Source: Schmidtea nova
Taxonomy: Eukaryota
DNA: 64,000 bases
Reading direction: 5' to 3'
Assembly (NCBI GenBank): GCA_044892505.1
Contig: CM097884.1
Coordinates: forward strand, 77,996,001 to 78,060,000
Shown: positions 1 through 13,370 of the stretch, piece by piece
How positions within the stretch are numbered: position 1 is the first letter of the stretch
Layout of the letters: the number at the start of each line of letters is the position of its first letter
The notes under the pieces: model-generated
The model's database searches: none
The model's input: the letters and a program-made list of their open reading frames with translations, nothing else
What the model was told of the DNA's origin: nothing
Position numbers and translations under genes: made by a program

Positions 1-480
1 TCTGTTGGACAATCTAAATAAAAAATATCGCTTCTTCATCGACGCTATTTACCCCCCTTTTACTCTGAGCTCAGATTTTAAATTATCTATATCTCGTAAT
101 AATTATCTATATGGTCGTATCAGTTATCTATACCCTGATAATAACAATAATAATAACAATAATAACACTATAATAACAGTAGGATCCTGTCGACTCGTTT
201 TCATACTCATTTCGGCGTTCGAGATTAAAAAAAAATGTCTTGTTCGTTTTCTATTCATGGCCATTATTTTATTTCCTAAGTATTTCTCGATATCTTTTGT
301 CTGCTCTTGTTAATGGTTTATTTTACTGCAGTTTTATTTAATTCTATCTCTCAAATGTTTTTCTTAAATTTCTCAACAATATCCACAAACATTGGACTCT
401 CAAAGTCTCTCACATACATGAACTCTCAAAGTTTCTCAATTATCTGGACTCTCAAAGTCTCTCCCAGAGCGCTCAATTAT

Positions 481-816
481 CTGGACTCTCAAAGTCTCTT
501 AATGGACTCTCAAAGTCTCTCAATGGACTCTCAAAGTCTCTCAATGGACTCTCAAAGTCTCTCAATGGACTCTCAAAGTCTCTCAATGGACTCTCAAAGT
601 CTCTCAATGGACTCTCAAAGTCTCTCAATGGACTCTCAAAGTCTCTCAATGGACTCTCAAAGTCTCTCAATGGACTCTCAAAGTCTCTCAATGGACTCTC
701 AAAGTCTCTCAATGGACTCTCAAAGTCTCTCAATGGACTCTCAAAGTCTCTCAATGGACTCTCAAAGTCTCTTACTGAACTCTCAAAGTTTCTCAATGGA
801 CTCTCAAAGTCTCTTA
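481..816. repeat. 21-bp minisatellite (ATGGACTCTCAAAGTCTCTCA)n
   Basis: 12 perfect plus 1 near-perfect units at 502-774, with degenerate units on both sides (to about 390 and 838). Explains the MDSQSLS and RDFESPL repeat ORFs. Confidence 0.95.
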
Positions 817-1878
817 CTGAGCTCTCAAAATTTCTCAATTATCTCGGCCGTCTTCAATTGTTCTCTTTCTGCTATTCAATCACTCGTTTCCCTATTCTCA
901 AATTTTTAAATAAATTCGCTGTTGCTGACTGGTTTTCTCAAATTGTTCTACTACTTCTCAATTACGAATTCATTTCTTAATTACCATGGTAAAATCTTTT
1001 CTTATTATACTATCATCTACTATAATCATCGAAATTCGCTTTTTACTCTTTCGACTTTCTAAAATCTGCATCTAATTTTCTCAGCAACTTTCTCCTCACT
1101 CATGTTACTGTCTTCTACCTCAGTGTACCAATCATGCCTTGGCAAACTGGTGTATAAGACGAACATTACGGGTTAAGCCCCTTCACCTAATTCAAAATCG
1201 TAAAATAATCGCGTTAACTCGTTTCGCAATTTGTGATGATCAGTCACAAACAAAATTTCGCCAACATATGCGATGGATATCCTATTCTACTCTCTTTCCT
1301 CAAGGTGATCAAGTTTTTCCCCGTTTGTTGTCTGCTAATTTTTAACAACAAAAATATTGACGTACTATCTTTTGATAGCTCTGTTAAAATTTGGCGTACT
1401 ATCTTTTGATAGCTCAGTTATGAATTTGTGGATTATTTTCTCGTTTCTACTCAGACACTCATTTCTCACTGTATTCCGGAAGATTTCCTTATAAAATCAA
1501 CTCCTATAACGCTACTTATGGCTCGTCCTAATACATACATATTTATATATAATGATCAGTATAATAATGATAATCAATGTAATAATGGTAATAAGGAAGA
1601 TTATAGTAATGAAATTCGGTTCAATATAATAATTATGAGGAGGATTTATAATAATAATAAAGAAAATTCAAAAAGAAAAGAAAAGTAACTTTGTCACAAA
1701 TTCCCATTTTCCTAATGTTTGATTTTTCGGCATTAGCCGTTACTTGTTATGTTTTTTCACGATTCTCAGTTATTAATTACCTAGTGTTCTGTGTTTATTT
1801 AATTTTTTCAACGGTTTGGAGTATTGGATGATCAACGAAGTTCAACATGACCAAAACGTTTATTTCGAACGACATTCT

Positions 1879-2298
1879 TTATGAACCAAATACTACGATT
1901 TTGTCATCAATTGTCTGTTTGCAGATTACACATCTCTTTATTTCTCTAGAGCACGGCTGGCAATAACACAAATGCCCACATGGCATGAATAAAATGTTCG
2001 CTTCTTTTTGTCGACAAATATAACATCTTTCGAACGAATCGATCTGTTGATTTATCGATCTCTCTAGCTTGTCCATGATTTTATCGATTCTACTAATCCA
2101 TTCTTGTATTTTTAGATTAAAATTCGGATTATTCAGTCGCAATCGTTGTAATTCGTAAATTGTTTCTAACGAAATATCGTTTGTTGTTCCTACAATTCCT
2201 GCAATCACTATTAGGTTCTCAGGTTGTGGTCTAGGATTCAACAATAATTCATCTTTTATTCCATTTACTCGTTCGAGTTTCTCGCTCAACACCTGCAA
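1879..2298 (-). CDS. C3HC4 RING-finger (IAP/RNF34/MUL1-type) protein, terminal exon or frameshifted ORF
   Basis: C-terminal CYIC-x11-CGH-x3-CQPC-x6-CVIC followed by KIVVF, preceded by a helical/coiled-coil segment. No ATG in frame: either a splice acceptor (ttgcag|GTG) or a frameshift from ATG 2360 (MESIEHILL...). Confidence 0.7.
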   Translation of the reverse strand: MQVLSEKLERVNGIKDELLLNPRPQPENLIVIAGIVGTTNDISLETIYELQRLRLNNPNFNLKIQEWISRIDKIMDKLERSINQQIDSFERCYICRQKEANILFMPCGHLCYCQPCSREIKRCVICKQTIDDKIVVFGS

Positions 2299-3389
2299 TG
2301 GGTCATTTTAAAATCGAAAAACAGCTCGATTCGTAGTAAAATATGCTCAATCGATTCCATCTAAAATATTCATGATGACTGGTGTTTATAACTCTTTGAA
2401 TTAACCATTCATTATAATTTGAACGAAAATAAATAATAAAAAATTCAACAGCTATGTACACGAATTTTTATAATTTTTTATATATTTTTGTATTTTTTCA
2501 AAACTACTATTAACAGAATATTCAGCCATTTTTATACATATATTTTTATATTTTTATATTTTTTACATTTTTATATTTTTGTAATTTTCTCCATTCGTCT
2601 ATATTCGATATTTTTCGAATAAAATACTATAAATAAAATAATCAGCCATTATGTACATAATTTTTATGATTTTTTTTTAATATTTTTTAAATATACTAAA
2701 ATTTTCTACATAAAAAATAATTAAACATTTATTTACACAATTTTTCATGATTTTTACACTTTTTATCAATTTTAAAATAATTATATTTTTTATTTACAGC
2801 ACTCGCAATTTTTGGTAATTTTTCGTTTACTGAAAGCAATTTTTGTATACTCGAATATTTGTTTTCTAGGTGATTTGCGTGAACTCTATCCCGTATCGTA
2901 TGATCATATAACATTTCCTTTTACTAGGTTCCCAATTTTTGGGCATCTCACAATTTTCGTATTTACGTTAAGTCTCACTTTTTCCTGTTTGATTATATTT
3001 GTTTTTAAGTCGTTGCTAGATTTTATTTTATGGTTTCATAAGATTTTAGAGTTATTCCCGTTTTCGATTCCCGAATTGAGTCACGATCAACATTCCAATA
3101 TCACCATGCATCATTCTGACTTCAACAATCTATCTTTTTCAACATTCAAACTTCAAACTCATTAGATTATATCATTCATTCTCTATTTTTATTATTATAT
3201 TAATTAAAACAAACAATTCACGCATTGCTCCATTTTCGCCGTTATTTCTTTTAGACCAGATACTTTCCATGTCCTTCCTTCCCAACAAAATAAAATTACA
3301 GGGGTCATACCTCAGTCATTTTCAATCAAATAACATAACATCGATATCGTTAGTAATAATAATGACATCTACAGTAACACTCATGATAA

Positions 3390-3540
3390 TAACAGTAATA
3401 ATAATAATAATAATAATAATAATGATAATAATAATAATTATTATAATTATACTAAGATGCTTATAGTACTACTAGTAATAATAACTAAAATGATAATAAT
3501 AATAGTAATAATAATAATTATAATAATAATAATAATAATG
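3390..3540. repeat. Imperfect (AAT)n microsatellite / low complexity
   Basis: Long AAT runs; source of the poly-Ile ORFs in the track. Confidence 0.9.
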
Positions 3541-6500
3541 CGCGTTATACGACAATTTACCCAATATATTTCTTATATATTATTACGTAATAATTATAAT
3601 AAAGATATAATAAATCCGTCTTATTTTTATATTATTTGACCAAATTACTGTTTCTACTGTTAAAATGACAATAATACTAATCCTGATACCTATATTATCA
3701 TTATTACTCGGTGTTACTGCTTTCTTGGGTCAAAATTCCGTAATTTCTTCAATCTTTTAAATTTCTTAGCGGCGATTTTCTACACTTTTTGCGGATTCCG
3801 GTGTCATATTCTATCTTTCGAGGTATTTTCCACTTGCCGGTGCTGCGTACTCACTTTCTACGCTCTATGGACGTTATTTGAACGATTTTACGATTATTGG
3901 TTGTTCGTGGGGTTCATTTGTCGCGGTTTGGTATTTTGACTATTTTACCCGTGATTTTCTTAGACTTTTGGATCATTCCGGCTCAACTTTTTATCCTATG
4001 CTATGTTTGACGTTTATTTATATTAAAGACACTTATTCTACGCTCTGTTGTTATTATTCGTTCTCAATCTCAATCGTTGGCTGTTCGTGGGGCTTAAAGA
4101 TCGTTTTTTCGGCTTAACTTTTATTCGCTTTCGCGGTGATTTTGATTCGAAACTTTTTATTTTCCAAATTTTTTCCAAATCTTAATTCAAAATGGTACTT
4201 AAAACAATATTCTCNNNNNNNNNNNNNNNNNNNNNNNNNNNNNNNNNNNNNNNNNNNNNNNNNNNNNNNNNNNNNNNNNNNNNNNNNNNNNNNNNNNNNN
4301 NNNNNNNNNNNNNNNNNNNNNNNNNNNNNNNNNNNNNNNNNNNNNNNNNNNNNNNNNNNNNNNNNNNNNNNNNNNNNNNNNNNNNNNNNNNNNNNNNNNN
4401 NNNNNNNNNNNNNNNNNNNNNNNNNNNNNNNNNNNNNNNNNNNNNNNNNNNNNNNNNNNNNNNNNNNNNNNNNNNNNNNNNNNNNNNNNNNNNNNNNNNN
4501 NNNNNNNNNNNNAATCCTAATAATAATACTTATAATGGTATAAAATAACTATTGTCGTAAAAATAATAATAGCAATATAAATAATATTAATAACCAAACA
4601 TAAATTTTTCCATTTTCGTCGAAAATACTCAAATGATTATCGATTTTTATAAAACTTTCACCAAATCTCGTTTTCCTTTAAAATACTTTATCTTTCCATC
4701 ACAAAAACATTAACAAATTCCCACATAAAGCCATTTTCATTGATTTTCGCTTCAAACAAAACAAACTAGCTAGATAAAATCCCGCGTACAGTCATTTCCA
4801 TTGATTTTCGCTTCAAACAAAACAAACTAGATGAGATGATAATTCCCGGCTGAGCCCCCAAATTTTTATATGGTGGGTTGTTGACCGTCAATATGACCTT
4901 GACGTTTCTATGGCTCTCATCAACAACTCAACACATAAAACATTGAAAAAACCATCTTGTTACCCGTCACTATGTAACGTTGGTACTGTAACAAGTGGGT
5001 GGGTATTCGCAATCAGTGAGCGTCATCAATACGAAACTATGATTGACCGAATATCTCCTGGGTCCAAGGGCTACCGATAGAAGGTTTCCTGCCCATTTTG
5101 TCCCTTCTTCGACGATTTATCTATAAGCTTTCAATAAAAATTTTCATCGGAAATTCAACATAAACACTACATAACTATAAATTCATTATTGCATCCAACT
5201 AAATTATTTCGAGCATCAAAAACACTAATATAACCCTATTTTTACCAATATTGCATTTTATGATAATTAATACATAAAATATTATATTTTTATAGAAAAA
5301 TTTTAATCTGCATTTGAAATTTAAGAAAAAATTTTAATTATTACCGTAATTTAATCCAGTTTAGAAATAATAAAAAATAAAATTTCCGTTTGTTTAAAAT
5401 TGCTAATTTAATCAAAAGGACAAATTTACTCATTTTAAAAATTATATTAATTTTAAAGGTAATTTTCTGAATTTTCTCACTAAATTGATTAATTAACGAT
5501 TTTTATAGTTCAGATCAACAAGAAATGGATCTTCCCAGAAACTACGAAGCCAGAGGAAAATTCTCCCACCCCAAATGGGTCAATCCAATTAGATCTCGAG
5601 CTTCTACGAAGCAAAATAGCCCGCTCTACCAACCAAGTAAAATTTTGATTATTTCAGAATTATAATTTATTTTGAACAATTTTAGAAAATTTCTTGAAGA
5701 GAATATGTTAGAACTGGCCCTTCAAGTACTGCAAACCGGAAAAAATCCTTGCCGGGGACTCTTATCCCTCAAACTGAATTTTTATCAATAAATCTTTAGA
5801 TAAAAAATTTTTTCGTCTTTACTCTTTTTCGTTTGAGTTTTTATTATTTTTATGAAATTTTTGTAAATTAAAAATAAACTGTAATGTAAATGGCCTATTT
5901 GGCTGGGTATATTCAATTTTATATGGTAGGTTTGAATGATAGAAATTTTTGTATGGTTTTTCTGGATGTATGTTGCCGACTAACATAACTGTGTAGAATT
6001 TTCAGTATGGTTTGCTTGTGTGTATATAACTATTGAATGCTAATAAATGGTACTGTGTATGTGTGTATATTGTATTTTAAATATATGTTGCTTGTGTATT
6101 AGTATGGGAAATGTTATCGAATGAAATGGATGTAATTTTTTGCAAATAGGGATGCATTATGATTTTTGNNNNNNNNNNNNNNNNNNNNNNNNNNNNNNNN
6201 NNNNNNNNNNNNNNNNNNNNNNNNNNNNNNNNNNNNNNNNNNNNNNNNNNNNNNNNNNNNNNNNNNNNNNNNNNNNNNNNNNNNNNNNNNNNNNNNNNNN
6301 AATTTTTATGAAGTAATATAATAATAAAATTTCCAATTTTTATATTATAAATTTTTATAATACTTTTTATAAATTTTAGTTTTATAATTTTATGAAAATA
6401 ATACAATAATAAAATTCCTAATATTATAAATTTTTATAATGCTTTTTATAATTTTAATAATATAATAATACCATTTCTAATTTTTATAATATGAATTTTT

Positions 6501-9276
6501 ATATTCGAATTTTTATATTTTAAGTATATATATATATAGTAAAAAAGATTTTCCTATAGAATTTTGAAATTTTGGATTTTTTGAAATGATAAAATCTTTT
6601 TTATATTAACCATATTAGGAAAATTTTTGGTTTACAAATTTTTCATGGTAAAATCTCTTCAGCATAATAAAAAGCAAATTTTTATTCCTGATCAAAATGA
6701 AATGATCATAAATTTTTATCCATAAATTTCGAGATCTAAATAAGCATTAAATCTAAAGAGTTTTTATATGCTCAATAAATATAAAAATAAAATAAAATAA
6801 GTTATACATTTTTCAACGAATATTTTTAACCTCAAGTGAAGTAAATTTCGGTTTTGTTGAGCATGAATTTCCCAATCAAAGTGCACGCGAATTTTTCGGG
6901 GCACTTCACTTAGGAATTTCAGGCTCTCGAAAAACAAGATTCACAGGAAAACTTATTTAGACCATAATGAGCTTTAATTCAGATCAAATCAAATACTTGT
7001 TTCACCATTCGTTTCCATTTCAGGAGCATTATTCTAGCTTTGAGCATTATTTCGAACAATTTTCTTTCCATCATTAGCATCCATTTTTCTTGCATTTTCT
7101 CATGAGCTGATCTTTGTTGAGAGTGCGAAGGTGAAGGTGAGTACGAGTCGATTTTTTTTTTTTATCAATAATATTTCCTATTTTAGATTTCAAGGCATGA
7201 GTTAGAGATTGTTATGTTATATTACGAAATTGCTTATGTAGATAATAAAAATATGATACTCTATTATAATAAAAATCATTAGTATAACAAAACCTTGCTC
7301 TTGGCCAAACCACGATTCCCCAGTTGGGATGACGAGAATTTGGATGTATGAGCCTCACCTTAAAGTGGAAATATGGGCTGGCCGATTACCAATCAGACAA
7401 CGATCCACCCAGGCTACTAACAGATCCGCACAACTAAGGCTGGACGGATCGTCAGAAGATATGGGAAAAAAAAAAAAAAAATTATTTATTTTGTAATTTT
7501 ATTCAGATAATTTTTGTTGAAAATTTTTAGTATTTTGGGAATTTGTGAGTATAACAAAATTTCAAAATTAAACTGGATAAAAATAAATTTAATATTTAAA
7601 TAAAATTATAATAAAATATGAACATTAAATAAAATAACAAAATAAATACATTTTTAAGTAATAAGAACGCGAGGAATGGGATGGTCGTCAGGCATGATGA
7701 TCGACGATCCCATACCCCTCGAACACAAGTTAAAAAAAAAAAAAAAACAATTAATCCTTACATTTCTTTCAGTGATTCGCAAACTCCGGAAAATCTTCAA
7801 ATTCACACGAAAATTTCTTTTATAAAATGTTCGTTTTTATCTTGGTCTTCCGGGAATCAGTGTCTTCTTCCTCTTTCACAGAAATTCAAAAATTCTGATA
7901 ATCTCTCTAAATAATTTTCTCCACGAAATCTTCACAAAAAGTCTGCCAAAAACTCTGTAAAATTTTCAGAAACAATTAAGAAATTTTTCTTCCACAATTT
8001 CTGTTGCAAATGGTATAAATTTTTAGTCAAACAAAACGAAAAATTTTTTCACAAATTCTGTATCAGTAAAAAAAGATTTTTCGGAAAAATTTTCACAAAT
8101 TCTGAATTCTGCCATTTTGATGGCGGTATATATACCATCAAATTTTCTCTATCCCCGGTAGTGCAATAAAACAAATTGTTCTAGAATTTTCTCTTAATTT
8201 TTTTCTAAATTAATTCTAATGATTTTCCGAAAATTAATTCCATATTTGTGTATAATAATTTTTTATAAACTATAAATAATTTATTTTAATTCAAAATTTT
8301 TATGTTTGAATCGAAATTTGTTCGATTTGATTTAATTTATGATTTTCGATCCATATTAATTCTTTCTATTGTTATATGTGAAATTTTGTGATAAATTCAC
8401 AATTTTCCTCTAGAATTGTGTTAATTTTTCTGCACTTGAAGGTTTATGACAAAATTCTGTTCTTTATGGGCATTCTCCATGGGTTTTTTGCCTATTCTAG
8501 CTTCCAAACATTCTGCTTTTAATTTTTCTCGCGATTTCAGTGAAAATATTTATAAATTCGCAGTTAGCGCGTACTCTACCGGTTGATGTGTTTTGATTCC
8601 ACTTCACCTTTTGGTGTTTTCCACTTAATTGTTGGATTTTTAATGGAAGCTAAGGTTAAAAATGGAATCTTGCGCGTTCTCTACCTATGGGGTTATCGTT
8701 TTATTAAAACAAATTGCGTTTTGGCCCAACACTAGTGAGGTAATCATTCGACACTACATAAACCAGTAATCGATCTTAATATGTTTAATAATACGATAAT
8801 TCAGACAACCTAGGGTTATTTTATTTCACGATATCATAATTTCCTTTGATTTAAAAATTAATAATGAAAAATATTTCATGGATTTATACATGTTTTCAAG
8901 AACCTTTTGCAAACAATATTATATGTAATCGAACAATGAAATCTTGCATTTACAGAAAGCTACTAGTATAATTATAGTTTATACAGTTGGTAGTAAAGTA
9001 AATCAATTGGTTGGTGATTGAGCGGTAAAAAAATTAAATATAGAAAAATATAATTACAAATTTATTTTCTCTATGGGTATCGAAGATAAATGGCTTGACT
9101 CACTTCCCACTACTTATCTGTGTGTTAACGTTAACAACAGCAATCTCAGACATTATATATTAATGTCTACATTAGCAAAATTGCTATATGAGGAAAAGTG
9201 GTGCTGACAACTGACTATGACCTACTTATATTAATAATAAATAAAAACATTTTAATGCACTACATTTTTAAAATGA

Positions 9277-10546
9277 ACTAAAAAAGAGAAAATAATTTTT
9301 CCTATCCCCACACAGAAAATTCTGAGGGCCTATGATTGTAATATTTTAAAAACTATGATAAACGTTTGTGAAATTTAAAATGAAAAACGTGGAGCGCATG
9401 TAATATATGCATTGTAAGTGTAATTATTAATTTGTGTATAGTGTTATATTAAAACTATATTGATAAATGGGTTTATGTAGTAAAAATCTATAGGTTGTTA
9501 TTTATTTAGAGATATATATAAATGATAAGAAAATTGTTGAGCCCAGCCGAGTCACTGGTAAAAATCTGTCTTGGAACAACTGGGGTGCTTTCTATGGTTT
9601 TTTAATTGGGTGAGTGGGTGCGTGTGTATATTACGAATGCTTGAAGTAAAAGACATTAATAACATTTTTATCAATGTTTATTTAGCGAACAGTATAGAAA
9701 GGAAATTAATAAATACTCATATAAACATAAATCGTGTTAATCAGGTGTGTAAAAATCAGTATTCTGTAAAGTGGTTGTTAATATTGTTAGACTTTTCTTT
9801 GGTTTGTGATTCGAAATTTATATCCTATCCTTTTGATTAGCTTCTCTTCCAGTCGTTATTAGTTTCTTTCTTTAACAACTTTAGTTTAGGCCCTAAACTA
9901 AAGTTGTTAAAGAAAGAAACTTTAGGGTGTTCAATTTTTTATATTTAATATTAGTCTTTCCACTTTCGCTTATTTCTATCCTTGTCAACTTTTCTATTTT
10001 CGTTTGTTTTCTTTAATATTTTTTAATCAATTTTCTTAGTTTCTTTTGGTTTGTAATTTCGATAGTATTTTTTTACTATTGAAATTGTTTTATTGACTAT
10101 TAATTTAATTAACTTTAAATTTGAATTTCATTTTCTTGAATCATTAAAGTGTAGGAATAAAAATAACAAAAAAAGAGGGGTCACCCTGTGTCCGATAGGA
10201 TGCCCACTACACTAATAATAATAATAACAATCATACTAATAACAACAATATTATTGCAACTATTATAGTAGGTATAAATAATAATATAGTTCAGATGGTT
10301 CATTACCAATTTAATTATGCTCAACTCACGAGTGGTTCTAACTAAGGAGTGAATTCTTTTAACATCATAGTTAAACTTCTTAAGTATTATGTAGCCATTT
10401 GAACTATATTACACCATAATATGCGCCTGCTCCACGTTTTTCATTTTAAATTCCACAAACGTCTTCATTGTTTATAAAATCTTACAATCACAAGCCCTCA
10501 GAATTTTCTGTGTGTGGGGTAAGAAAAATTATTTTCTCCTTTTAGT
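9277..10546. mobile_element. Non-autonomous fold-back/MITE-like element with ~120-bp inverted repeats
   Basis: 9281-9399 is the approximate reverse complement of 10421-10546 (shared gaaaattctgagggc, tttaaaatgaaaaacgtggagc). No coding capacity seen. Confidence 0.6.
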
Positions 10547-10809
10547 CCATTTTAATAACATGGTAGGTTAAAAAGTTTTTTTTTAATTTATTTTTGCTTT
10601 TTAGTCTTCTGTGAGTGAAAATATTTTATTATTATACATTTAATCATTTTCATCACTTTTACAACCGTATTTTATATGGGGGCCCTCCGAACCCTTTGTC
10701 CGAACCTATGGCAAACTGTTGAATATTGCACTGTTATCGTGTTCTGAGATATGTTAAAAATTTCAAGCTCATCGGGAAGTTAGTTAAAAATCGATTGAAA
10801 AATCTGTAC

Positions 10810-10842
<33 letters not shown>

Positions 10843-11079
10843 GCATTCTAATAATATAATCTTCTGACGGGAACAAACGTAGTCTGAGTTGTTTCATGAA
10901 CTTTAATTCAATTCAGATATGTGTAAATATTCCTTTAATAATTTAAAATTTGTACACTATTGTTTGTTGTCCCAGATTTTGTTTCATTTCAAGATGAACT
11001 TCACTTTGTCATTTACCATCAACATAATCCAATTTTACCTTTGATTATGTCAAGTGAACCTTTGGATTTCTTTTCAATA

Positions 11080-12276
11080 TCAACTCATCCAACTCTTCAC
11101 TTTCCATACTTTGATATCGAATTTTAATGGTGCTTTGATAGAACCATAAAAATTGCCAAGATATCCATTGTTAAAGAAATAACTTGAAATCAGAATTTTA
11201 AATCTATGAATTGAAAATATAGGGAAATTTGGAACTAAAATCATTAATTTAATGTTAGCTAGCTCATCTGTAACATTGAAATCGGAATATACACCTCTTA
11301 TAAAAATAAGTAATTGCGCTGTTACTACTACATCTGTGCTCTCATTCAAAGCAATAGAAAAATATTGAAATTTTTGAATTCGCTCCTTAAGTTGTATATT
11401 AATATTTTCAGAAATTTGTTCTATTCGTCTTGTTACGGTATTTCTTGAAAGTGATATATTTTTAAAAAGCTGAACTTTTTCGGGAAGAATAGTAGAAACC
11501 GCATCAATAATGCAACATTTGATAAACTCGCCGTCTTTAAATGGTCTACCTGAAGCAGCTAAACGGTGAGAAATTTTAAATCCGGCTGTAACACTACCCA
11601 AATTCTCATCATTTATTCTGGTGAACATATTTTGTTGCATCGACAGCGAATTTGTAAGCTCATTCAGATTTTCAATTCGCTCATCTTGAGCAAGCGCATT
11701 CAGGCTTTTATGATGCGTCTCATAATGTCGTCGTATATTATATTCTTTTACTACCGAAATCGTAGCTTTACATACCAAACACCAAACGGCATTTTTTGGT
11801 TTTGTTGCTAGAATACAAAAGTATTTAGTTTTCCAGATCTCTTGGAAATTTTTAGATTCATCATCAATTTTTCTTTTTTTATCCATCAGGAATATTGAGT
11901 TTACTATTAAATAATATGTTTTCTATCACAAAATAAAAAAAAAGAAAAGCTAAAGTTTACTTACCACAGAGTGAAGCTTCAAAATCAAACTGAGTTTTTA
12001 AAACTATTTTTTTAAACAAATACAGAAAAATTTGTTATGTATGCACTGAAATTATTAAAGAAACTACGAATTCTTAGAAGAGCTGTCATGTAATTGTTAA
12101 TATAATTTCAGAAGAAAAATACCATTTTTAAAAAATTGGTAATTGACAAAATTATGAAAAAAAGAAATTTCAATTTTTTTCTTCCTATTTTTTTCAATCG
12201 TTTTTGGAGTGTCGCGGGCCAAGCTTTTCAAGCTGGCGGGCCAGATTTGGCCCACGGGCCATAGTTTGGACATCGA
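11080..12276 (-). mobile_element. hAT (Charlie/GTF2IRD2-like) transposon, 3'-truncated transposase
   Basis: ORF 11886-11080 with CLVC...RRHYETHH zinc finger, LSRNTVTRRI and FSIALNESTD motifs. Charlie-type end gtccaaactatggcccgtgggccaaatctggccc on the minus strand near 12276. Confidence 0.85.
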
Positions 12277-13058
12277 TGATATAGAATATTAGGCTTTCCA
12301 TCCTGATTCTGGGAATGTATTTATATTGACCAAATGAAATCAAGTTGACTCAATGCAAAAATCCTGCGCATTTCAGGGGTTTTATTTTTTTTGGGAAACT
12401 GGTGTTTTCAAGAATTCTTATTATCGTCATTTTTACGGTTCATGAGTTAATGATTATGAAAAGTCTAAATCCCGCCATGAAACTTACTGTCTACTTTGAC
12501 CATAATTTAGGAAATGGTAGGAATGGATGATTCTTTAGGATGTGCGAATAATAGCAGATTGGAAACAACGGTTAAGATAAATATTGAAGTAAAAATAGCA
12601 AATACAATGGAAAAGATTTCATAAGAAATAAGACAATCCGTTATCACAAAGAAAGCCAAATGTAATGAGAGTGGAATTAATGATTATTTTATTCATTACC
12701 CCCCCCTTACATGCTTGATTTTTTAATGATATTGCTTGGATGAATGCATTTGACTGATTTGAACAATTTTCGAAACACCTGGAATGTAGAAACATTAACG
12801 CGATTGTCTAAAACTTATCTACAACATGAAATGCTAATCAGGCATATTTCCAATTGGTATTTAGATCTGTTTTTGCGGTAATTTATGAGAAATTTGAAAG
12901 AAAAAGTGCAACAAAACTGTATAAAATAGAGTAAATCCATTTTAATAGTAGTTGTATAAAAATATTAAAAAGTGAATATAGTATTATAGAGTGTAACGAT
13001 ATTGACAAAATAAGTAAAGCATAAAATCAGTCCAAAATGAAAGATTTCAGCACCAGAG

Positions 13059-13370
13059 TCAGGGTTTATTTATTGGTTCAACAAATTCATTGTCAAGAAT
13101 AATTTCTACTTCATTTTCAAAATTGAAAAACCTGTCACAAGTGTTATTATTGTAATCAGGATTGACATCTTTCTCATTGACAATTGTAATTCCGTATTGA
13201 GTTGTTCGTGCTTCTTGGTTGAGATCATTTCTTAAAGAAGCTGTGAAAAAGAATGAAGCAAGATCCATTAATGAGTGAATTGATTGGCGATATATCAAAG
13301 GTCTTTCATTGTATAAATCTTCGTAAACAACTTCTATGGAATTCAGAGGTATGCCCAATGACAAATAATA
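13059..13370 (-). CDS. DOP1: Last coding exon of the DOP1-like gene
   Basis: tttag| acceptor at 13372-13371, phase 0 to donor CAA|gtaagt at 33015. RPLIYRQSIHSLMDLASFF...VEIILDNEFVE resembles the Dopey C-terminus. Confidence 0.7.
   Translation of the reverse strand, partial: YYLSLGIPLNSIEVVYEDLYNERPLIYRQSIHSLMDLASFFFTASLRNDLNQEARTTQYGITIVNEKDVNPDYNNNTCDRFFNFENEVEIILDNEFVEPINKP

Noticed and set aside
481-816. CRISPR-like array
   Set aside because: Contiguous identical units with no spacers; eukaryotic context.
307-909. 200-aa MDSQSLS repeat ORF as a real protein
   Set aside because: Fully explained by a 21-bp DNA repeat with no synonymous variation; no domain recognised.
4136-4548. ORFs containing X runs (also at 6077, 14926, 16349, 39232, 40960, 59809)
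   Set aside because: Artefacts of translating through N gaps.
5000-5075. Hammerhead- or twister-like motif
   Set aside because: Core nucleotides and pairings do not fit either consensus.
5515-5790. Possible two-exon gene fragment on the plus strand
   Set aside because: The longest first-exon frame hits a stop across the apparent intron, and no homology was recognised.
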